Assembly (NCBI GenBank): GCA_050115495.1 | Contig: JASFQK010000011.1 | Span: forward strand, 64,001-128,000 | From: Phycisphaerae bacterium | GTDB taxonomy: Bacteria > Planctomycetota > Phycisphaerae > UBA1845 > Fen-1342 | Direction of reading: 5' to 3' | Length of the DNA stretch: 64,000 bases | In this document: positions 1-8,700 of the stretch, piece after piece | Layout of the letters: each line of letters opens with the position of its first letter | Position numbering within the stretch: the stretch's first letter is position 1 | Notes under the pieces: generated by a model | Databases searched by the model: none | What the model was told of the DNA's origin: nothing | Seen by the model: only the letters and a program-made list of their open reading frames with translations | Made by a program: the position numbers and the translations under genes

Positions 1-24
1 CCGCCGTCAACACCCGGGTGATGC

Positions 25-525
25 ATGCCGGAAAGCATGAGCAGGCTCGCCATCCTGTATCGCCAGCACGGTGCAGCCCTGATGCAATACCTGCACCGCG
101 CCTTCGGCCACGTCGAGCCGGCGGAGGACCTCCTTCAGGAAACGCTGCTACAGGCCGCCCGGCAGCCCCAAAGGCTGGCCGACGCCGTCTCCCCGCGGGC
201 CTGGCTCTTCACCATTGCCCGCAACGTGGCTGTCACCGCCCACCGGCGGCGGCGGCCGGCGGCGACCCTGCCGGGCGAACTGCCGGCGACGGCGGGCCCC
301 ATCGAGGACCCGCGCCTCGACCGGCTCCGGCTGGCCATCACGCGGCTGCCCGATCATCAGCGGGAGCCGCTCGAGCTCCGGCTCCGCGAGGAGCTGAGCT
401 ACGAAGAGATCGCCGCCGTGCTCGGCATTCCGGTCGGCACGGTGCGCTCGCGGCTGCATGAGGCTGTGCGGCGGTTGCGAGCGGCCCTCGTCGGCGAGGG
501 CGACCCCACGCCGACAGAGCAGTGA
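25..525 (+). CDS. ECF-family RNA polymerase sigma factor
   Basis: Region 2 (AEDLLQETLL...WLFTIARN) and region 4 (LSYEEIAAVLGIPVGTVRSRL) motifs; start at 25 or 37. Confidence 0.92.
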   Translation: MPESMSRLAILYRQHGAALMQYLHRAFGHVEPAEDLLQETLLQAARQPQRLADAVSPRAWLFTIARNVAVTAHRRRRPAATLPGELPATAGPIEDPRLDRLRLAITRLPDHQREPLELRLREELSYEEIAAVLGIPVGTVRSRLHEAVRRLRAALVGEGDPTPTEQ

Positions 526-534
526 GGTGTACAC

Positions 535-1047
535 GTGAACGCGGATGTGCTGGACAGGCTGTTGATGGATCGGGCGTTGGGCGTGCTTGCTCCCGACGTG
601 GAGACGCTGCTCGGCGCCTACCTGGAACGCGAGCCCGACGCCGCCCGGCGTGTCGCTGAGTACGCCGACGCGACGGGTCTGGCCGGCCGGTTGCTGAAGG
701 TCGGCGGAGCGAAACCGCTCCCGCCATTCCCTGAAGCCAAACTCCGAGAGGCCGAGGTTGCCCGCCGGCGGCGGCGGATCGTCCGGCAGGTGGCCAGTCT
801 GGCGGCGTGCGTTTTGGTCGGCGTGTGGGCAGGGGCTTGGTGGGGCGGTACCGCGGGTGTTGAACCCGCGCCGGGACCGCGCACGACGAACCCCGTCGTC
901 GTTGACGCCGGCTCGTCGGGCGACGACGCGGGCTTCTGGTCGCTCGAACGCCTGTCCGAGACCGTGCAGCAGAAGAAGAGGACGAGGCCCGTCCTCTTCA
1001 AGTGGGATTCACCGATGCGGAAACCAACCATGGGAGAGACAACATGA
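535..1047 (+). CDS. Putative membrane anti-sigma factor
   Basis: Directly follows the ECF gene; N-terminal anti-sigma-like helical domain without HxxxCxxC, then an Arg cluster and a single TM helix; GAGG RBS before GTG. Confidence 0.7.
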   Translation: MNADVLDRLLMDRALGVLAPDVETLLGAYLEREPDAARRVAEYADATGLAGRLLKVGGAKPLPPFPEAKLREAEVARRRRRIVRQVASLAACVLVGVWAGAWWGGTAGVEPAPGPRTTNPVVVDAGSSGDDAGFWSLERLSETVQQKKRTRPVLFKWDSPMRKPTMGETT

Positions 1048-2456
1048 GTAGATACGTGCGTGGCATGATCGTGATCGGGTTGCTGGCGACGATGGTCGGC
1101 TGCTTCCCGGAGAAGCGGGTCGTCTGGTCGCCGAACGGGGAGGTGGCGGCGGTCATCGGCAAGGATGGCCTGCACCTGTGCGGGCGCGATGGCAAGCTGT
1201 CTGACCGCGTGGCCGAAGGCGTGCAGCGGGCGGCGTGGCTGCCTGATTCGCGTCATCTGGTGCTGGCGGGCGAACAGATCGTCAAGACGTGGGCGGACAT
1301 GGCGACGTGCTTCCCAGCCGAGCGGCGTGAGGCCCTGACGGCGATCGCGGAACGCATGTGCGCCGAGGTGCTTGCTCACGAGGGGCCGCTCGACGACCTC
1401 AAGGTCGAGGAATTCGAGAAGCTGCGGGAGGGTGAGCAGCACGCCGTCCTGCTCTACCTGCGCGAGAAGCACGCCGACGCTCTGGCCGCGAGGCTCGGCG
1501 ACAAATGGGCGGAGGTGAAGGCCGCCGACATCAAGCTGTGGGTTGCCCAGACGGCGGAGCTGGCCGGTCGCGAGATCAAGGTGGGCAAGACGCTGGTGCG
1601 GAGCGCTGACGAGATCGTGTCGCCGCGCGTCTCGCCGAATGGCCGGCTGCTGGCGTACGTCGGACCGCCGGCGGACGAGACCGAGGGAACCGGTCAGCTT
1701 CTGGTTGTGCCGCTCGACGGCAGCGCGGCGCCGCGCGTGGTGGGTGAGTACGTGAGCATGTTTCCCGACTGGTCGGCTGACGGCAAGGCGCTCGTCTACG
1801 CCCGCTCCGCCGGAGGACTGAGCGACTCGGACATGCTGGCCCTGGGCAGCATTAGCCAGCGGACGGTGTGCGACGAGGCGGGTGCGTTGCTAGACGAGTT
1901 CCCCGACCAGGAGGATCTGGCGGGCGTCGTCTTTCAGGCCGAAGTCCGTGTTCGTTCGCTGCCGGACGGGCGGATCATCTTCTCGGCGATGGAGATGCAC
2001 CTGCCGTGTGCGACGACGGATCTGCCCACGCAGGCGACGCTCTTCATGGTCGATCCGGGCCACTACCCGCTGGTCATGCGTGTCGCGCCGCGGCAGGCGG
2101 AAGCCGAACTGGCGAACGCCGCCTACTTCTTCGAGGTCAGTCCGGACGGGCAACACGTGGCGGTACCCGGTTCGAGCGGTGAGATGTGTGTGCTGACGCT
2201 GGCGACCGGCAAGGTGTTGACGGTGATCGGCGGCGATGAGGCGCACGGCGGGTTGGCCATGGTGCCCAACTGGCGGACCGCGGACGAGTTGTGCTGTGTC
2301 CTGCCGCCGGCCGATGGTTCGGAGCGGGCGACGGTGGTGCTGTGCCGGATTGACTGGGCGGCGGGCCAGGTGAAACGCGAGGCCCTGAGCACCGACTGGC
2401 CGGAGGCCCCCCTCCGTGGTTTCCTGCTGCCGGACAGTGAGGACAAGAGCGACTAG
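1044..2456 (+). CDS. Lipoprotein with TolB/PD40-like beta-propeller repeats
   Basis: ATGA overlap with the upstream stop; lipobox-like MVGC; repeated WSPNG/VSPNG/WSADG/VSPDG motifs. Confidence 0.72.
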   Translation: MSRYVRGMIVIGLLATMVGCFPEKRVVWSPNGEVAAVIGKDGLHLCGRDGKLSDRVAEGVQRAAWLPDSRHLVLAGEQIVKTWADMATCFPAERREALTAIAERMCAEVLAHEGPLDDLKVEEFEKLREGEQHAVLLYLREKHADALAARLGDKWAEVKAADIKLWVAQTAELAGREIKVGKTLVRSADEIVSPRVSPNGRLLAYVGPPADETEGTGQLLVVPLDGSAAPRVVGEYVSMFPDWSADGKALVYARSAGGLSDSDMLALGSISQRTVCDEAGALLDEFPDQEDLAGVVFQAEVRVRSLPDGRIIFSAMEMHLPCATTDLPTQATLFMVDPGHYPLVMRVAPRQAEAELANAAYFFEVSPDGQHVAVPGSSGEMCVLTLATGKVLTVIGGDEAHGGLAMVPNWRTADELCCVLPPADGSERATVVLCRIDWAAGQVKREALSTDWPEAPLRGFLLPDSEDKSD

Positions 2457-2561
2457 TCGAGGGCATAGTCGCGGCAATTCGCCGACACGACGACGGCCGG
2501 CCGGAGCCCCGCGCTCCGACCGGCCGTTTTGTGGGAGCCATCAGTCGTCAGCCAGAAGCCG

Positions 2562-2659
2562 TGAGCCGGAGTGTGGCATGCTGAAGCCTCTGGCGCCGGC
2601 ATGTCTTGTCCTCGCGACAGGAACAACATGCCGGCGCTGCGCTTCGGCATGCCACACAC
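2562..2659. repeat. Dispersed 98-bp nested palindromic element, copy 1
   Basis: Outer arms gtgtggcatgctgaagc/gcttcggcatgccacac and inner arms gcgccggcatgt/acatgccggcgc; a same-length copy lies at 33115-33212. Confidence 0.88.
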
Positions 2660-2813
2660 GTCACGTGCCGTGTCCTGTGCGCGCATCGGGCGTCGCTCGT
2701 CAACGCACGTTCACCCCGCCGGCTGATCCTCGACCGCAACGCCTCGTTGCCTCGGCACCCTGAGCGCAGCCGAAGGGGTTGCCTCGTTGCCTTTCTGCCC
2801 TTCTTCCCTCTTC

Positions 2814-3644
2814 CTAATACACTGACTGTACCGACTGCACCCACCGAATAAGCTGGAATTGCAGGAAATTGAACAGGAAGTGCGCCGCGATCACCACCAG
2901 CAGGCTGCGCGAGCGCACGAAGCACAAGGCCAGCACCACGCCGACGCCGCCAATCTGCAACACCCCCACCAGACCCTGTGCGAAGTGCAGGGCGGCGAAG
3001 AGCGTGGACGACAGGATGACGGCCCAGGCCCAGCTTCCGCACGCGCGTCGCAAGAGCGGCAGGAGCAGTCCGCGGAAAATGATCTCTTCGTGGATCGCCA
3101 CGGGAATCAGCAGCAGTATGGTCAGGCCGATGCTGTTCACCGGCATCTGCTCGAGCAGCTCGAGGCGTTGCTGAACGTCCTCCTCCACCTGCGGCTGCAT
3201 CGCCATCCACGCCGTGACGGCCGCCACCGTGAAGAGCAGCCAGCCGTATGTCATTACCACGCCGAGTCCCGTCCAGCCGACCTGCGGCAGTGGATCGCTC
3301 AGCCGCACCCCGAAACTCGTCGCCGGCAGCCGGTGCCGCAGCAGCAGGTAGGCCAGCAGCCCCACGCCCAGCAGGACATCGAAGCACTTCCGCACGATCA
3401 GCATGGACAGATCGCCTGCTACGAGCGCCGGCCCTTCCAGCCACGGGAGTATCGCGATCTCGAAACCGAACGGTACGAACACCGCCACCAGCAGCACCAG
3501 TGCCAGGTCCAGCCCCGCGTCCCACCGCTGCAACGAGCGCAGCTCCAACGGCGACGGCGGCTCCAGCGGTGTCAGCGGAGGAACCGCCACCGGGCGGGCC
3601 TGCACGATATCGCTGTCCGGAATGGGCGGAAGGAAATCACTCAC
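2814..3644 (-). CDS. CPBP family intramembrane protease (CAAX protease-like)
   Basis: EEIIFRG, FAALH and HFLFN motifs with multiple TM helices; GTG start inferred. Confidence 0.9.
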   Translation of the reverse strand: MSDFLPPIPDSDIVQARPVAVPPLTPLEPPSPLELRSLQRWDAGLDLALVLLVAVFVPFGFEIAILPWLEGPALVAGDLSMLIVRKCFDVLLGVGLLAYLLLRHRLPATSFGVRLSDPLPQVGWTGLGVVMTYGWLLFTVAAVTAWMAMQPQVEEDVQQRLELLEQMPVNSIGLTILLLIPVAIHEEIIFRGLLLPLLRRACGSWAWAVILSSTLFAALHFAQGLVGVLQIGGVGVVLALCFVRSRSLLVVIAAHFLFNFLQFQLIRWVQSVQSVY

Positions 3645-3827
3645 GGCTGATCCCGCGGATACGTGATCGTGGCCGGGCCTCGGCCGGGGCCGGCGGCAAC
3701 GGGCCGCCGACAAATCAACGCCCGGGCATTTGGCGCACTGCGCCTGACTAGCATAATAGCGGACCGCTACGTTGGGCATGACCACGACCAAAAACGCCGC
3801 GATGGCGGCGGGACCCCGGAGGGCGCG

Positions 3828-5501
3828 ATGGGCGCAAAGCGGACCAGGAAGCAGGCAACGGGACCGGCGGGCGGCGTGCGGACCACCGAGAGTGCGATGC
3901 ACGGCTGGCGCTGGAATGGCAGCGCCGGCACCGTGTCGGCACCGGTCCGCTGCCGGCGTGAGCAGTGGTACCTGGTCAGCGCCACGCCTGCGGGCGGCGT
4001 CAACCGGCAGCGAGCCGAGGTTGCCCTGCGTTTCTTCAACCACGACGAGCCGCTGGCCGAGCGAGCCCTTTGGCTGCACGCCGTCGCCGAATGCGAACAT
4101 TGCCCCGGCCTGCTCGGCTGGGTGCAATCGCCGGACAAGGCGACGCATGTTCAGCTCGGGCTGCCCGGCGGTCCGGAGGGCTGGTGCCAGGAAGTCACGT
4201 TCCACCCGGTGGCCGAGCGCGACCCGAAGTGCCACCCGCTGGCCGCCGTTCCGCGCTGGCGGACGTACCGGCCGCCGTTTCCCATCCGGCAGGTGTTCGT
4301 CCCGCCGGCGCTCGAGGCGCTGGCCGAGTACCTGCCCGGGCAGGAGGTGACCACGCTGCGGCCGCGTTCGCGCGCGGAGCTGAAGCGGCGGGTGCAGGGG
4401 GCAGCCTGCGTGCTCGATCCGGAGTGGGCCGTTCGGCAGAAGCTGACCTGGGCTGACCTCGAGCAGATTGCCGCGGATTCGTGGCTAATGGTGGATTTGG
4501 AGACCGTCTGGCGGCTGCTGCGCCAGACTGGCGGCGTCACGGCCCAACTCGTCACGCAGAGCGCCCCGCACGGCATCATGTCCGCCCGCGTGGAATACGC
4601 CGACGTGGCCACCCGTGGCTTCGCGATGCAGGACGTATTCCCATACGGGACGATCGACGCCGACGGCGGTTTCGCCGCCCGTGTGCTGCGGGCTGACCGG
4701 GCCTGGAAGCGCTATGCCGACCGCGAGGGTTTTGCGACGCTGCTGGCCAGCGAGACGCCACACGCCCAGCATTGCGGCGACGTGCTGACGGCGGCCAAGC
4801 CGGTAGGGCGGGGCGAGCTGATCGCCACTGATCTGCCTTGGCTGGTGGCCGGCACGCATGGCCCGCTCGTGGCCCCGCGCCTGGCCCGGCACGCCCTGGC
4901 AATGCACCTGGCCGGCCCGTTGTCCGACGTGCTCCAGTATTGGAACCGTTGGGACGACGGTCAGATCATGGTTCGCGACATCGCCGACCTGGCCCGTCGC
5001 TACCCGCCGCTTTGGGCCGTGCGTTGGGCCTCGCCCAAGCCGGAAGTGGTGCACCTGGGCATCGCGCTGCCGGCGGCGACCGCTGGCCGGACGCTGCTCA
5101 TCCGCACCGGCCGCGTGGACAACCTGCACGCCCACGACGGCGTTCCGCCCGAGCCGATGGTCATCTTCATGAAGATGCTGGCCCGCGACGCCCACGAGCA
5201 AACGCCCTGGGCCCGCCGCCATCTGGCCGGCCTGAACGTGGTGTGGCAGTTCGATTCCTCCGCCGGCCGCCGATACGCCGCCAACTACGCCTCGGCCGCG
5301 GCCCTGGACGGTGATCGCGAGACGACGACCCTGCTCGTGCGTTGTGCCGACGGCCCCGCGGACGACACCGATCCGCCCGCCGGCCGGACCCTCACTGAGC
5401 GGATCGACCTGGACGAGGGCCTGCACGGCGACGGCTCGCTGGCCTGCCAGCGGCGGCTCGATGCCCGGCTTCGCCGCCGGATCGAGGAGGTTTCCGACTG
5501 A
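3828..5501 (+). CDS. Hypothetical protein
   Basis: Long protein-like ORF; GGAGG RBS before ATG 3828; no recognised motif. Confidence 0.7.
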   Translation: MGAKRTRKQATGPAGGVRTTESAMHGWRWNGSAGTVSAPVRCRREQWYLVSATPAGGVNRQRAEVALRFFNHDEPLAERALWLHAVAECEHCPGLLGWVQSPDKATHVQLGLPGGPEGWCQEVTFHPVAERDPKCHPLAAVPRWRTYRPPFPIRQVFVPPALEALAEYLPGQEVTTLRPRSRAELKRRVQGAACVLDPEWAVRQKLTWADLEQIAADSWLMVDLETVWRLLRQTGGVTAQLVTQSAPHGIMSARVEYADVATRGFAMQDVFPYGTIDADGGFAARVLRADRAWKRYADREGFATLLASETPHAQHCGDVLTAAKPVGRGELIATDLPWLVAGTHGPLVAPRLARHALAMHLAGPLSDVLQYWNRWDDGQIMVRDIADLARRYPPLWAVRWASPKPEVVHLGIALPAATAGRTLLIRTGRVDNLHAHDGVPPEPMVIFMKMLARDAHEQTPWARRHLAGLNVVWQFDSSAGRRYAANYASAAALDGDRETTTLLVRCADGPADDTDPPAGRTLTERIDLDEGLHGDGSLACQRRLDARLRRRIEEVSD

Positions 5502-5511
5502 CGTCGGCGGA

Positions 5512-5540
5512 TTGCCACCACGCCGCGAACGTGCTACAAA
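5512..5540 (+). promoter_or_regulatory. Sigma70-type promoter for purA-uppS-cdsA
   Basis: TTGCCA-N17-TACAAA with extended -10 TG. Confidence 0.55.
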
Positions 5541-5615
5541 CCGTGATGGTGAATTGAACGAGTGCTCTCCCGGCGCGGCGGCCGCCCGACCTGTGAAATA
5601 CGATCAGACGAACCG

Positions 5616-6923
5616 ATGATGAACCTGCGCGATCTTGGGAATACGTGTGTCCTCGGCCTGCAATGGGGTGACGAGGGCAAGGGCAAGATTGTCGACTTGC
5701 TGGTCGAGCACTTCGACGTTGTCGTGCGCTACGGCGGCGGGGCCAACGCCGGCCATACCGTCGTCGTCGACCGCGACACCTTCGCCCTGCACCAGTTGCC
5801 CAGCGGTATCCTGCGTCCCGACGTGCTGAACGTCATCACGTCCGGGACGGTGATTGACCCCGCGGCACTGCTCGGCGAGATCGCGACGCTGCGCCAGCGC
5901 GGCATCGCCATCGGCGACAACCTGCGCATCAGCAACCGCGCCCACCTCGTCTTTCCCTACCATCGTCAGGAGGACGTGCTGGCGGAGCGCGCCGCCCGCA
6001 AGGCGGACAAGCTGGGTACGACGGCCCGCGGCATCGGCCCGTGCTACGGCGATAAGGTGGCCCGGCGGTGGGGCATCCGCGTGTGCGACCTGCTGCGGCC
6101 CGAGCGGTTGCGCGAACGCGTCGCCGCCGTCGTCGCCCACAAGAACGCGTTTTTCCCGGCGGTCTACGAAAGCCGCACGCCGTTCGATGCGGCGGCCATC
6201 GCCGACGAGTACCTGGCCTTCGCCGACGCCCTCCGGCCGCACGTGTGCGACACGTCGGATTTGCTGCACGGGCAGTTGCGGCAGGGCAAACGTGTGCTGT
6301 TTGAAGGAGCGCAAGGCAGCCTGCTCGATATCGACCACGGCACGTACCCGTTCGTGACCAGCTCGAACACGATCGGTTTCGCGACCGGCGCCGGCGTGCC
6401 GGCGTCGACCGTTCGCTCTGTCATCGGCGTCGTTAAAGCCTATACGACCCGCGTCGGGAGCGGCCCGTTCCCGACCGAGCTGACCGACGTCATCGGCGAT
6501 TCCATCCGCGACCGCGGCGGCGAGTTTGGCACGACCACCGGCCGCCCGCGACGTTGCGGCTGGTTCGACGTGGTCGCCGCCGGCTATGCCGCCCGCATCA
6601 GCGGCTCGACCCATCTGGCCGTCATGCACCTGGATACGCTATCGGGCATGGACGAGATCCGCATGTGCGTCGGCTACCGCCACGACGGACACGTCGACGC
6701 GTCCTGGCCGGCGGACGCCGACACGCTGACCGAAGTCACGCCCGTGTACGAGACCTTTCCCGGCTGGGCGGCCGACGTCGGCGGTTGCCGCCACCTGGCC
6801 GACCTGCCCGCCGAAGCACGGCAGTACCTGTCCGCGGTCAGCACACGGCTGGGCGTGCCGCTGGGCATCGTTGGTGTCGGACCGGCTCGCGACCAGACGA
6901 TCTTCGTGGAGGAAAACGACTGA
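5616..6923 (+). CDS. purA: Adenylosuccinate synthetase
   Basis: QWGDEGKGK, GGANAGHT, EGAQG, GTYPFVTSS and TTTGRPRRCGW motifs. Confidence 0.98.
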   Translation: MMNLRDLGNTCVLGLQWGDEGKGKIVDLLVEHFDVVVRYGGGANAGHTVVVDRDTFALHQLPSGILRPDVLNVITSGTVIDPAALLGEIATLRQRGIAIGDNLRISNRAHLVFPYHRQEDVLAERAARKADKLGTTARGIGPCYGDKVARRWGIRVCDLLRPERLRERVAAVVAHKNAFFPAVYESRTPFDAAAIADEYLAFADALRPHVCDTSDLLHGQLRQGKRVLFEGAQGSLLDIDHGTYPFVTSSNTIGFATGAGVPASTVRSVIGVVKAYTTRVGSGPFPTELTDVIGDSIRDRGGEFGTTTGRPRRCGWFDVVAAGYAARISGSTHLAVMHLDTLSGMDEIRMCVGYRHDGHVDASWPADADTLTEVTPVYETFPGWAADVGGCRHLADLPAEARQYLSAVSTRLGVPLGIVGVGPARDQTIFVEEND

Positions 6924-6925
6924 TC

Positions 6926-7702
6926 ATGGCCGCAGATGCGCCGCTGGATCCGCGCGAAGTGCTCGGCATCGCCCCGGAGGCGTTGCCGCGTCACGTGGCC
7001 ATCATCATGGATGGCAACGGTCGCTGGGCCCGGCAGCGCGGCCGCCCGCGCATCGAGGGTCACCGCGAGGGGACCGAGTCCGTCCGCGAAGCTGTCACGC
7101 AGTGCGCCCGCCTGGGCATTTCCTACCTGACGCTATACAGCTTCTCGCTGGAGAACTGGCGCCGTCCGGCGGACGAGGTCGCCGGCCTGATGGCACTGTA
7201 CGCCGAGATGCTCGTCGCCGAGCGGGACGAGCTGCTCCGCAACCGCATCCGCCTGGTCCAGCTCGGCCGGCAGGAGCGTTTGCCGGACGAGGTCCTGCGC
7301 GAGCTGTCCGTGACCGAGGCGCTCGTCCGCGAGGAGCCGCGACTGACGCTGTGCCTGGCGCTGAACTACGGCAGCCGGGCGGAGATCGTCGACGGCGTCC
7401 GGGCGATCGCCGACCGTGTGGCTCGCGGCGAATTGCGCCCGGAGGACATCGACGAGCAGACGATATCCAACAGCCTGTATACCGCCGGCCTGCCCGATCC
7501 GGACCTGTTGATCCGGACCGCCGGCGAGATGCGGCTGAGCAATTTTCTCCTGTGGCAGCTCAGCTACGCCGAGCTGTACGTCACGCCTGTTCTGTGGCCG
7601 GACTTCCGCCAGGAGCATCTGTACGAGGCGCTGCGGGCGTTTGCCCGGCGGGAGCGGCGGTTCGGCGACGTGGTGCCGGCGCAGTCGCCGGCGACGGAAT
7701 AA
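6926..7702 (+). CDS. uppS: Undecaprenyl/polyprenyl diphosphate synthase
   Basis: HVAIIMDGNGRWA, FSLENWRRP and RTAGEMRLSNFLLWQ motifs. Confidence 0.97.
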   Translation: MAADAPLDPREVLGIAPEALPRHVAIIMDGNGRWARQRGRPRIEGHREGTESVREAVTQCARLGISYLTLYSFSLENWRRPADEVAGLMALYAEMLVAERDELLRNRIRLVQLGRQERLPDEVLRELSVTEALVREEPRLTLCLALNYGSRAEIVDGVRAIADRVARGELRPEDIDEQTISNSLYTAGLPDPDLLIRTAGEMRLSNFLLWQLSYAELYVTPVLWPDFRQEHLYEALRAFARRERRFGDVVPAQSPATE

Positions 7703-7733
7703 GTTTCGGCCGGGCGCGAGGGACGCTGGGGCC

Positions 7734-8696
7734 GTGTTGCGGTTACGGTTGATCTTCGGTTTGCTGTTGGCGGGCGCGGTCGTTGCGCTGCTCGTGCTGG
7801 ATGCCTGGCTGGCGACGCTCACGCCGCCGACCTGGGTCGTACCCGGGTTGGGGATCAACGTCGCCGTATGGCTGATGAACGGGGCGATCTCAACGGCGCT
7901 GGTGGCGGTGTTCGTTCTGCTGGCCGCCCACGAACTGCTGTGTTTCGCCCGGGCCCGCGGCTGTTACCCGTCGTGGGTGCTGACGCAGATCGGGGCCGTC
8001 GGGCTGGTCATCGGTCCCTACGTCATCTTCAACTCGCAGGCCGCCGCCGCCCGCACGGGCGAAGCCTGGGGGCTGTTCCTGCTGTGCGTCGTGCTGGGCG
8101 TGTCGTTCGTTCGGCAGTCGTGGCGCTACGGTACGAACCAAGTCATGTCCAACATCGCCGCCACGATGTTCATCGTGCTGTACACGGGCGGTCTGGGCCA
8201 TTTCATGTGCCGGCTGCGGATGGAGGTGGGGGGCAAGGAAGGCGTGCCGCTGCTGCTGTTCTCGCTCTTCGTCGTGAAGATGACGGACGTCGGCGCGTAC
8301 TTCGCCGGCCGGCTGTTCGGCCGGCACCGCATGATCCCCTGGCTCAGCCCGATGAAGACGTGGGAGGGTCTGGTCGGCGGCGTGCTCGTCGCGGCGGCCA
8401 GCGCCCTCGGTGTCGGGCATCTGTTGCACGTCACCGGCGCCGCCCGCATGGGACCGGAGGGCGCACCATACGTCCTGTCGCTGCTGGGTTTCGGGTTGCT
8501 GATGGCGGCCCTGTCCGTCGCGGGCGATCTGTGTGCCTCGCTGCTCAAACGCGACGCCGCGGTGAAGGACTCGGGCGAAGCGCTGCCCGGCTTTGGCGGC
8601 GTGCTCGATGTGCTGGATTCACCTCTGCTGGCCGCACCCGTCGCCTGGGCCTTCTGGACACGGCTCGTGCACGTCGGTTCGGCGATCGGCGCCTGA
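7734..8696 (+). CDS. cdsA: Phosphatidate cytidylyltransferase
   Basis: SPMKTWEG and SLLKRDAAVKDSG..PGFGGVLDVLDS signature; follows uppS; multi-TM. Confidence 0.93.
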   Translation: MLRLRLIFGLLLAGAVVALLVLDAWLATLTPPTWVVPGLGINVAVWLMNGAISTALVAVFVLLAAHELLCFARARGCYPSWVLTQIGAVGLVIGPYVIFNSQAAAARTGEAWGLFLLCVVLGVSFVRQSWRYGTNQVMSNIAATMFIVLYTGGLGHFMCRLRMEVGGKEGVPLLLFSLFVVKMTDVGAYFAGRLFGRHRMIPWLSPMKTWEGLVGGVLVAAASALGVGHLLHVTGAARMGPEGAPYVLSLLGFGLLMAALSVAGDLCASLLKRDAAVKDSGEALPGFGGVLDVLDSPLLAAPVAWAFWTRLVHVGSAIGA

Positions 8697-8700
8697 GCCG

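Noticed and set aside
3645..4235. Extended 473-aa version of the CPBP protease
   Set aside because: It overlaps the divergent gene and its promoter gap; the extension is not protein-like
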